Part shown: positions 24,888 through 31,514 of the stretch, in pieces
Position numbering within the stretch: the stretch's first letter is position 1
Layout: each line of letters starts with the position of its first letter
DNA from: Candidatus Nanohalobium constans
GTDB lineage: Archaea > Nanohalarchaeota > Nanosalinia > Nanosalinales > Nanosalinaceae
Assembly (NCBI RefSeq): GCF_009617975.1
Contig: NZ_CP040089.1
Span: 690,001 to 722,000, forward strand
Direction of reading: 5' to 3'
DNA: 32,000 bases
The notes under the pieces: generated by a model
Databases searched by the model: none
Told to the model about the DNA's origin: nothing
The model's input: the letters and a program-made list of their open reading frames with translations, nothing else
Position numbers and translations under genes: made by a program

Positions 24888-25001
24888 ATGGCATCCGATT
24901 TTGTGGATGAAACCGGTCAGCATATACCGGTTGACTTCCAGGAGAAGAGCCTTTTCATGAGGATCTCCTCCAATTTAAAGGAGCTAGTAACCAGAAGATA
25001 A
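24888..25001 (+). CDS. candidate 37-aa micro-protein (below the ORF-track cutoff)
   Basis: The ATG at 24888 runs to TAA at 24999-25001 and encodes MASDFVDETGQHIPVDFQEKSLFMRISSNLKELVTRR. It is the only ORF with promoter-like spacing in the largest intergenic gap, and I recognise no homology. Confidence 0.25.
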   Translation: MASDFVDETGQHIPVDFQEKSLFMRISSNLKELVTRR

Positions 25002-25092
25002 GAAACACAACCTAATTTTTTCTCTATTCTCTTTAACTTCAAAACAGAATAACTCAGGAAAATGTGAAGGTAAGTAAAGAGTAAAAAGAGGT

Positions 25093-25467
25093 TTACTCGA
25101 TTAGTTTGGCGTTGACTACGCCGTCCTGTCCTGGGCGTGAAGTTACTTCTGCCTTTCCTTCGCTTGTCTGGATAACTGTTCCTTTTGTCAGCAGACTTCT
25201 TCTTACGAAGTTTTTGTTTGCCGGGTTCTCTTCGACTGATTCAATTTCCGCTTCTACTACTTCGCCGTCAGCTGCTACATTCGCAGTGTCGGAGCTTTTT
25301 GCTACTGTCTTCTGGTTTCCTCCTCTTGTCCGTTTCTTGATTGTAGTGGTTTCTCCTGTCTGTGGCTCGGAGAACTCTCCGCCTTTCTGGTGTTTCTTGT
25401 GCTTCCGGTATTTGCGGGTTTTACCTCCCGTCTTCTTTGTGGTCGAATTATCTTGCCAAACTGCCAT
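25093..25467 (-). CDS. rps8e: 30S ribosomal protein S8e
   Basis: MAVWQDNSTTKKTGGKTRKYRKHKKHQKGG ... NFVRRSLLTKGTVIQTSEGKAEVTSRPGQDGVVNAKLI is the typical S8e sequence (124 aa). Confidence 0.9.
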   Translation of the reverse strand: MAVWQDNSTTKKTGGKTRKYRKHKKHQKGGEFSEPQTGETTTIKKRTRGGNQKTVAKSSDTANVAADGEVVEAEIESVEENPANKNFVRRSLLTKGTVIQTSEGKAEVTSRPGQDGVVNAKLIE

Positions 25468-25517
25468 AATATATTATAGAGAACCTGTGAAATCTTATAA
25501 AAACACGCAGAACCAAT

Positions 25518-25531
25518 CAGGGATATCCCTG
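25518..25531. repeat. perfect 14-bp palindrome CAGGGATATCCCTG in the rps8e / Sm divergent intergenic region
   Basis: Read directly from the sequence. It lies 51 nt from the rps8e ATG (25467) and 60 nt before the Sm ATG (25591). Confidence 0.6.
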
Positions 25532-25590
25532 AATCTGAAAGGGTTTATTAAAGTTGACGCGGAATCCACGGTTACAGGTGTATAAACTGT

Positions 25591-25830
25591 ATGGGAGATC
25601 AAAATAGAAGGCCATTCGATGTACTAAACGAAGCAAAAGACGGAAGAGTACTAGTAACTTTGAAAGGATACGGAGATGAAGAAAAACAGGTTTCAGGAGA
25701 GCTTCAGGCCTTTGACAAACACTTGAACATCTGGTTGGAAGACGCTAGAGTAACAGGCGAAGATGGACAGACAGACTACGGTCAACTATTCGTCCGTGGA
25801 GACAATGTACTGTTCGTCAGCCCAGAATAG
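25591..25830 (+). CDS. Sm-like archaeal protein (SmAP/LSm)
   Basis: 79 aa. Sm1 motif RVLVTLKGYGDEEKQVSGELQAFDKHLNIWLEDA and Sm2 motif LFVRGDNVLFVSP. Confidence 0.9.
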   Translation: MGDQNRRPFDVLNEAKDGRVLVTLKGYGDEEKQVSGELQAFDKHLNIWLEDARVTGEDGQTDYGQLFVRGDNVLFVSPE

Positions 25831-25842
25831 GTGAACTAATTA

Positions 25843-26004
25843 ATGGCACTGAACAAAGGAAAACGAAACAAGAAAGTACACGGCAAATGCCGCAGATGTG
25901 GAGAAAAATCTTTCCACCTACGTAAAAGCGAATGTGCTTCCTGCGGATTCGGCAAAACAAAGAAAAGAAACGACTTTGACAAAGCCAAGCCACGCAAAGA
26001 ATAA
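25843..26004 (+). CDS. rpl37e: 50S ribosomal protein L37e
   Basis: 53-aa ORF missing from the track (too short): [53 protein letters not shown]. It has the L37e C4 zinc motif (C-x2-C ... C-x2-C). An AGGTGA SD at 25829-25834 lies 8 nt before the ATG. The Sm-L37e pairing is classic in archaea. Confidence 0.9.
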   Translation: MALNKGKRNKKVHGKCRRCGEKSFHLRKSECASCGFGKTKKRNDFDKAKPRKE

Positions 26005-26007
26005 ACC

Positions 26008-26235
26008 ATGGAAGACGAAAAAGCTTTCTCAGTCATCGTTCTCTCACAGAGCGGCGACTACCTAACAGAAACAGAAGACCAAGTCACCCGCACAGAGAAC
26101 GGAGTAGAAATAACAGACCCATACATATTCAACGAAAACGAGAAAGCACAACTCGTCAAAGCAGACCAAATATTCATCCCTTACCACGCCGTAGAAGCAA
26201 TCCAACACGGCGAATTCACACAGGAAACAATCTAG
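26008..26235 (+). CDS. hypothetical acidic 75-aa protein, third gene of the Sm-L37e unit
   Basis: The ATG lies 3 nt after the L37e stop codon. The composition is host-like and I recognise no family. Confidence 0.45.
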   Translation: MEDEKAFSVIVLSQSGDYLTETEDQVTRTENGVEITDPYIFNENEKAQLVKADQIFIPYHAVEAIQHGEFTQETI

Positions 26236-26242
26236 ACTTTGA

Positions 26243-26263
26243 AGACCATTCTTTGAATGGTCT
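26243..26263 (+). other. 8-bp perfect hairpin AGACCATT-CTTTG-AATGGTCT between ORF 26008 and the tRNA
   Basis: Read directly from the sequence. It begins 8 nt after the stop at 26235 and has no following T-run, so a terminator role is uncertain. Confidence 0.3.
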
Positions 26264-26291
26264 CTGATGATCAAACTTTCAGAAGTTTGTT

Positions 26292-26423
26292 GGGTCCGTA
26301 GCTCAGCCTGGCAGAGCGCCGGCCTTTTAAACCTCAAGCCCCATCTGGGACGAGGATCGAGAAGAGCTTCGCTCTTCGAATAAAGGCAGCCGGTCGTCGC
26401 GGGTTCAAATCCCGCCGGACCCG
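26292..26423 (+). tRNA. tRNA-Lys(UUU) with a 58-nt intron (26330-26387) at the canonical 37/38 position
   Basis: Manual fold. Acceptor GGGTCCG/CGGACCC (7 bp). U8 A9. D arm GCTC-AGCCTGGCA-GAGC. Anticodon stem CCGGC (26319-23) / GCCGG (26389-93). Loop C-T-TTT-A | intron | A. Variable loop TCGTC. T arm GCGGG-TTCAAAT-CCCGC. Discriminator G. CCA is not encoded. Confidence 0.9.
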
Positions 26424-26460
26424 CAACCATTCTCAAAAACCTTCTACACCAATTGAAATT

Positions 26461-26940
26461 ATGGAAATAACAACTCTAATTGTAATAATTTTGCTTTTTG
26501 CAGGGGTGATCGGCAGCATTGTTCCCATGGCTCCAGGCGCACTATTCTCACTAGCCGGAGTAATCATCTATTTCTTCAGTACAGAAGATCCAAGTATCTT
26601 GTTCACAGTTTTTGGAATCTTAACTGCTGGTTTTACCTTGCTGGTCGATTGGTTTGCTGGCTCTATAGCAGCTAAATATGGAGGAGCATCGAGTAAGACA
26701 AGCCTTGCTGCGGGAATAGGAGGATTAATAGGATTTATAGTGACTGCAGGTAATCCACTTGGTTTAGCTGCAGGAGTAGCTTTAACAGTTCTAATCCGTG
26801 AATACTTGATTCATGGAGGCGAAAGAGATAGTTTGAAAGCAGCTGTGTACGCTACTATCGGAGTTCTAGGTTCTTCCATTGTCCAAGCAGTACTGACTGC
26901 TTCGATTCTCATTGCTTTCCTGATTTCAATGGTGATATAA
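26461..26940 (+). CDS. DUF456-like small integral membrane protein
   Basis: 159 aa with four hydrophobic helices. The N-terminal LLFAGVIGSIVPMAPGALFSLAGVIIYFF resembles the G-x-x-G-x-x-x-P-x-x-PG start of the DUF456 family. Confidence 0.55.
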   Translation: MEITTLIVIILLFAGVIGSIVPMAPGALFSLAGVIIYFFSTEDPSILFTVFGILTAGFTLLVDWFAGSIAAKYGGASSKTSLAAGIGGLIGFIVTAGNPLGLAAGVALTVLIREYLIHGGERDSLKAAVYATIGVLGSSIVQAVLTASILIAFLISMVI

Positions 26941-27321
26941 TTGGAGCTAGAAGGAACAGTGACTTCTGGCATGGGTGACGGAGAGTACTATATTGGGAAG
27001 GAAGTTTACCAAGAAGCATTTGATGAAACACTGGGATTCAGGCCGTTTCCCGGAACATTAAACCTGGAAGTCGAGGAAAAAACACGAGAGGCGTTCGAGG
27101 AGAACTCTGAAACCTTAGAAATTAGAGAAATCTACGAAGACGGTGAACGGCTAAGCGATGTGGATGTAACACCATGCAAGATTGAAGGCGTTGAGTGTGG
27201 TCTTCTTAGACTGGAGTTTACTGATCATCCCAAGTCTGTTGCAGAGGTTGTGGCACCTATTGAGTTGCGGAAAAAATTTAATTTAGAGGATGGAGACAAA
27301 GTCAAGTTAGAACACAATTGA
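26941..27321 (+). CDS. ribK: CTP-dependent riboflavin kinase (archaeal RibK)
   Basis: GTVTSGMGDGEYYIGKEVYQEAFDETLGFRPFPGTLNLEV matches archaeal RibK (G-x-V-x-SG-x-G-x-G ... PYPGTLN). The TTG start lies directly after the upstream TAA, with GGTGAT SD-like at 26931-26936. Confidence 0.8.
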   Translation: MELEGTVTSGMGDGEYYIGKEVYQEAFDETLGFRPFPGTLNLEVEEKTREAFEENSETLEIREIYEDGERLSDVDVTPCKIEGVECGLLRLEFTDHPKSVAEVVAPIELRKKFNLEDGDKVKLEHN

Positions 27322-27372
27322 GTCTTTACTGACGGAAAATATTTACGAAGCTGCAGACAAAATTCTAAGGTA

Positions 27373-27861
27373 ATGGAAAGAGAAAAATTTAGGGAAGAGG
27401 CTACCGAGGCCACATTGCTGTTCATAATCCAAGATGGAGAGGCATTGCTTATCGAGAAGAAGCGAGGTGTTGGCGAAGGACTGTTCAATGGTCCAGGCGG
27501 CAAGCTTGAAGGCGACGAAACACCGGAAGAATGTGCAATTAGAGAGACAGAAGAGGAACTGAAGTTGGCTCCAGAAGATGTTGAAAAAGTCGGTGAACTA
27601 GAGTTTATATTCGGCGAAGATCCTTTCCAGTTCGTCCATGTATTCAAGGCTTCAGGTTTTTCTGGAGAACCTGAAGAGACAGAGGAAGCAAGGCCAGAAT
27701 GGTTTGAAACCGAGAATCTGCCTTACGAGGATATGTGGCCTGATGATAAGTACTGGGTGCCGAAGATGCTGAAGGATGAGAAGTTCCTGGCTCGTTTCTA
27801 TTTCGATGAAGAAGGAGACGAGATTCAAAGTCACGAATTTGAAGAGCCAAGGTTCCTATAA
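27373..27861 (+). CDS. Nudix hydrolase (MutT/MTH1-like)
   Basis: Nudix box GPGGKLEGDETPEECAIRETEEELKL. The later WPDDKYWVPKMLKDEKFLARFYFDEEG resembles MTH1-type 8-oxo-dGTPases. Confidence 0.85.
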   Translation: MEREKFREEATEATLLFIIQDGEALLIEKKRGVGEGLFNGPGGKLEGDETPEECAIRETEEELKLAPEDVEKVGELEFIFGEDPFQFVHVFKASGFSGEPEETEEARPEWFETENLPYEDMWPDDKYWVPKMLKDEKFLARFYFDEEGDEIQSHEFEEPRFL

Positions 27862-27956
27862 CTGAGGTACTTAGTGAATAATTGGAAACTTCGACACTTA
27901 ATTTTTCGGTTCGATTTTTAATCAAGTAGAATCAAACTATTCTCCCAGGGGTTATA

Positions 27957-28373
27957 TTGCCAGCACAAGAGTACTCTGGAAATTCTGAAAACGAGCTAAA
28001 ATCTGAGTCAAGTATTCCCGAAGATTGGATCAAACTTCAGAGCGATTCCGGAAGCGCTTATGTAATGATGGAGGATCCTATAACGCATCATTCGAAGTTA
28101 GATATAGTACGAAACAATGATGGAAATTGGGTTACAGTCTACGAACCAATGTCAGCAAAAAACAAAGATCAGCCAAACAAGTATGATCTACCTAACAACA
28201 TTTTCGACTCCAGGGAAAGCGCCGAAGAATATGCGGAGAAAATATTGAATCATGGACTAGGAAACATCTTCGCAGAATACGGCATACGCACTGCCAGAAA
28301 CAGAGAACACTCAAGAAACAGAAAAAACACCTGGACTGAAGAATTTGGAATACAAATCACTGAACTTGATTAG
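27957..28373 (+). CDS. hypothetical protein (start uncertain: TTG 27957 to ATG 28065)
   Basis: 138-aa ORF with no recognisable family. The 3' end overlaps the convergent 650-aa gene by 17 nt. Confidence 0.4.
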   Translation: MPAQEYSGNSENELKSESSIPEDWIKLQSDSGSAYVMMEDPITHHSKLDIVRNNDGNWVTVYEPMSAKNKDQPNKYDLPNNIFDSRESAEEYAEKILNHGLGNIFAEYGIRTARNREHSRNRKNTWTEEFGIQITELD

Positions 28374-30309
28374 GAAAACCAACCACTTTCGTCTCATACT
28401 CGCCGCCCTCACCGGCGGCGTTAAATCTGTACTCCTCAGCCAAATCCAATAAATCATCAATATTCTCCTCTTTTAGAACTCTGCCTTCCCACTCCTCTGT
28501 AAGACCTCGTGCCGCGACATCAGTGATCTCAACCTCGAAACCTTCACGGATAAGCCATTTCATATATCTCGATTGATTCTCCTGCCACAGCGGAGCAAAA
28601 ACCTTCAAGCCCAACCTCTCTGCAACTCTATCGACTCTGTCACGCTGATAAGTAGAGGCTATAGCTCCAGCAACTACTCCTTCAACTCCGTACTCTTGCT
28701 TGGCTCTCTTTAAACCTTCTCTGAGATCCTCTAACTCTTCTTCTTTCTCGCCTTCAGTCTCCTGCACAACCAGAGGAATATCCAACTGTTCGCTCTGCCA
28801 TTCAATATCTTTCCTCTCCTTCTTGGAGTCGAACATGTAACTGTGCTTGTTCTCCGATCTCAAAGTCAGTAGACATGAAATCTTATTGTTTCTTCTCTGA
28901 ATACGGTAAAGTGCTGCATTTGAGTCTTTGCCTCCCGATGTAAGAGCCACCAGCTTCCTATTCAACTTATCACGGAAACTATTCAAGTATTCCTGCTTGT
29001 GATCGTAGTCATTATCCTTCGCTAATCTGGAAATAGCTTTATCGAAGTTACTGCCATACTGAGCAGCAGTTTTACCTCTCCAGGCAACTTTCTCCGGAAC
29101 CCCAAGTTTCTCAGCAGCCTTCCTCAACACATACTTCCTGTAATCGTCCTTCACTTTGTACTCTTCTGGAATAGTTAGAGCATGCTCAATAAGTTCCTGA
29201 TCAAGGAATGGAAGCCTTATTTCATAGCCGTTCCTGAAGCTGACGACATTATCTCTGTATAGATCATTTTCAAAAATTGATCGCAGACCAGAGAGACACT
29301 CCTTGTTCAAGTAACCTTGTTGCCTGTGGTAACCTGCGTAAAGCTGTTCAGAGCCTAGACCTGAGAAAACCACTTTTTCGCTCTTTGAGGAATTTTGCAG
29401 CGAAAAGTGGAATGGCAGTGCGACACCATTTTTCACAACTGAAGTAGATGAAATCCAATCCGTAATTTTGGGAATTTCCCTCTCTACTTCTTCTAGGTCT
29501 GCCTCATAGCTTTCCAGCTCTATGCCCATATCTTCTGCGACTTCTTCTGCCCAGTCCATATCACGAGGCGCATTGACATTCCCATGCTGTATTCCAGCAG
29601 TATAAGCTGTGAAATCTTTGCCCAGTTCCTGTAAAGCTGCCGCAATCAATGTGGAATCAACACCACCAGAAAATAGGAGTCCTACACCGCCTTCAGGAAT
29701 CCTTTTCTCAACTGCTTCCAAGAATTTTTCCTTAATTTCCTCAGCAGCTTGCTCTAATTCCTTTTCCTCCTTGACATCTATTTCAAAGAATTCTCGCTGC
29801 TCAAAACTCATCTCTTCCTCTTCGATATCGTATTTTAGAATCTGCCTAGGATGAAGTTCTCTCGACTCCACACCTTGTTTTTCCAGTGCCTGTTTTTCTG
29901 AGGCGAATACAAAAGGGTCTTCACTGTACCAGATCGGATTAACTCCTAAAAGATCTCGAGCTAAAATTAATTCGCCGTCTCGAATATAGGCAAATGCATA
30001 TATTCCATCTATCTCTTCTAAACCCTCTACTCCTTTCTCCTCCAGAACTTTAAGAAGTGTTTCTGCGTCATTCTCTGTCTCCCAGCCATTTTTTCTGTTC
30101 AGTTCTTGCCAGTTGTATATTTCACAGTTTGCGGAAAGAATACCTTCCTCTTCGATCGGCTGTTCCAGTTCTCCGACTACAGAGTGCAGTACATGGCCTA
30201 GAGTAAAGTTTTCTGTCTTTTGTGTTTGGCAGGAGCTGCCTCTATGCTGCATCTCATTGACAAGTTTCTCTACTGTTTCCTGGTTTTCTGCTCCTGCTAT
30301 CCCACACAT
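28357..30309 (-). CDS. fusion protein: class-II glutamine amidotransferase + asparagine-synthetase-type PP-loop domain + Dph6/MJ0570-type (diphthine-ammonia ligase family) PP-loop domain
   Basis: Module 1: N-terminal MCGIAG, ANCEIYNWQEL and DGIYAFAYIRDGELILARDLLGVNPIWY. Module 2: LFSGGVDST, GLGSEQLYAGY, IRLPFLDQELIEHALTIP and KYVLRKAAEKLGVPEKVAWRGKTAAQYGS. Module 3, from about residue 455: LVALTSGGKDSNAALY ... VVAGAIASTYQRDRVDRVAERLGLKVFAPLW ... AAGEGGEYETKVV, collinear with MJ0570. The ORF is uninterrupted. Confidence 0.85.
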   Translation of the reverse strand: MCGIAGAENQETVEKLVNEMQHRGSSCQTQKTENFTLGHVLHSVVGELEQPIEEEGILSANCEIYNWQELNRKNGWETENDAETLLKVLEEKGVEGLEEIDGIYAFAYIRDGELILARDLLGVNPIWYSEDPFVFASEKQALEKQGVESRELHPRQILKYDIEEEEMSFEQREFFEIDVKEEKELEQAAEEIKEKFLEAVEKRIPEGGVGLLFSGGVDSTLIAAALQELGKDFTAYTAGIQHGNVNAPRDMDWAEEVAEDMGIELESYEADLEEVEREIPKITDWISSTSVVKNGVALPFHFSLQNSSKSEKVVFSGLGSEQLYAGYHRQQGYLNKECLSGLRSIFENDLYRDNVVSFRNGYEIRLPFLDQELIEHALTIPEEYKVKDDYRKYVLRKAAEKLGVPEKVAWRGKTAAQYGSNFDKAISRLAKDNDYDHKQEYLNSFRDKLNRKLVALTSGGKDSNAALYRIQRRNNKISCLLTLRSENKHSYMFDSKKERKDIEWQSEQLDIPLVVQETEGEKEEELEDLREGLKRAKQEYGVEGVVAGAIASTYQRDRVDRVAERLGLKVFAPLWQENQSRYMKWLIREGFEVEITDVAARGLTEEWEGRVLKEENIDDLLDLAEEYRFNAAGEGGEYETKVVGFPNQVQ

Positions 30310-30375
30310 ACTGGTTTCTGTTGCAGGGAATCTTTTTGAGTTTCCACTTTGAAGTTTTCTCCAGGTGAATTTGAA

Positions 30376-30573
30376 GTGTACGATATTTTACGGGATGCTC
30401 TACACGAGAACGGTGAAATCATGATCAGACTGAGTTCAGGTGAGGACAGAGAACTACATCTCCACAACACTGATTTTCTGGAGAACGGAATGGTTAAAGT
30501 CGACGGAGACGACGAAATCCACTGGCTAAATCCTGACCATGTAGAGAGATACTGGATTCACGAAGACTTCTAA
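30376..30573 (+). CDS. hypothetical small protein (65 aa from GTG 30376; the ORF opens at TTG 30349)
   Basis: An AGGTGA SD-like motif at 30363-30368 lies 7 nt before GTG 30376. The product is (M)YDILRDALHENGEIMIRLSSGEDRELHLHNTDFLENGMVKVDGDDEIHWLNPDHVERYWIHEDF, with no recognisable family. Confidence 0.4.
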   Translation: MYDILRDALHENGEIMIRLSSGEDRELHLHNTDFLENGMVKVDGDDEIHWLNPDHVERYWIHEDF

Positions 30574-30615
30574 ACAATTTTACTCTTTTTCTCTACGAGA
30601 TATCCCTGCTCTGGA

Positions 30616-31401
30616 TCAAACCTCGTAATCCGCACCAAAGTCACTCAAACCTTTCTGACTGTTGTCAATAGCTTCATAGGAGTTTATCACATCCGCCATT
30701 TCCACGTCGACAAACTCCAGATCTCTTTCCTCTAGATAATCTAACACCTTATCCGTCATCTTTGGTGCAACAAGTATACCTCGGATACCTCCTTTAAATT
30801 CATCCTCTATTTCATCGACATATCTCTGTAGCTGGAGAACAGTGTTGTAGTCCGGGTTGCGCTTAACTTCAATAACTACATAGCTGTCATCACTGTCTCG
30901 GGCGAACACATCGATGAAACCGGCCGGAGTCTCCTTCTCCCTTTCAATAACCTTCAGCTCTTCTTCAACTATCCCAGGTTCCTCTTCTATGGCTTCGTGA
31001 ATATCTACTTCATCACCAGAAACCTTCAACTCAGATTTGTCCACCATCTGATCAACTGTCAACAATTCAATCTCCTCAAAACGGATCTCAACTACTTCTT
31101 CCGGATTAGTTCTCTTCGCCTCCAGAATCAGGTGCTTTTCTTCCTCATCAATTTCTACAGTGTAGGAATCGACTTCCGGCTGCCAGTTCTTCGGCTGATA
31201 GTTATCCGGGCCATGCACCAGAATCGCCGAATCCTGCTTCTTAATCACCAACCGCTCACCCCTATCAAGCTTCGACTTAGCCCTACCCTGATAATTGACG
31301 GCGCAGAGACCATTAATCTGGACAGTGTACTCCCTCTTCAGATACTCCGAGAGAATTTCTTCTGCTTCTGAGAAATCCGGGTTTTGAATTAGTTTTTCCA
31401 T
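30616..31401 (-). CDS. nucS: endonuclease NucS/EndoMS (mismatch-specific, RecB-like nuclease)
   Basis: The N-domain NYQGRAKSKLDRGERLVIKKQDSAILVHGPDNYQPKNWQP is collinear with Pyrococcus NucS. The C-domain nuclease motif is GFIDVFARDSDDSYVVIEVKR. The C-terminal QKGLSDFG is PIP-box-like. Confidence 0.8.
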   Translation of the reverse strand: MEKLIQNPDFSEAEEILSEYLKREYTVQINGLCAVNYQGRAKSKLDRGERLVIKKQDSAILVHGPDNYQPKNWQPEVDSYTVEIDEEEKHLILEAKRTNPEEVVEIRFEEIELLTVDQMVDKSELKVSGDEVDIHEAIEEEPGIVEEELKVIEREKETPAGFIDVFARDSDDSYVVIEVKRNPDYNTVLQLQRYVDEIEDEFKGGIRGILVAPKMTDKVLDYLEERDLEFVDVEMADVINSYEAIDNSQKGLSDFGADYEV

Positions 31402-31514
31402 GAATGTTAATAGTTAGATAAAATTAAGAGAGATAAACCCTATCTTCCAGATATCACTTATCAATGACAACATATATAAAAGTTTATTTATTTGGATCTA
31501 ATAAGGCGATTAAA

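Noticed and set aside
24795-25092. Possible replication origin (A/T-rich long intergenic region with an ORB-like TTCCAGGAG element)
   Set aside because: Only a single weak half-site is present. There are no inverted ORB pair, no repeated mini-ORBs and no adjacent orc1/cdc6 gene. The gap is better explained by a small transcript.
25106-25585. 159-aa plus-strand ORF
   Set aside because: It is antisense to the clearly identifiable rps8e gene and runs into the promoter spacer. The composition is Ser/Phe/Val/Cys-rich with no motifs.
26264-26270. C-box-like CUGAUGA just upstream of the tRNA (possible C/D-box sRNA, as in some archaeal tRNA loci)
   Set aside because: No D box (CUGA) or C'/D' pair occurs at a suitable distance before the tRNA begins. 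The tRNA intron itself also lacks UGAUGA/CUGA boxes.
26062-26436. 124-aa minus-strand ORF
   Set aside because: It lies antisense across the tRNA-Lys gene and the 3' part of ORF 26008. The composition is Cys/Phe/Leu/Arg-rich, unlike the acidic host proteins. It is a shadow ORF.
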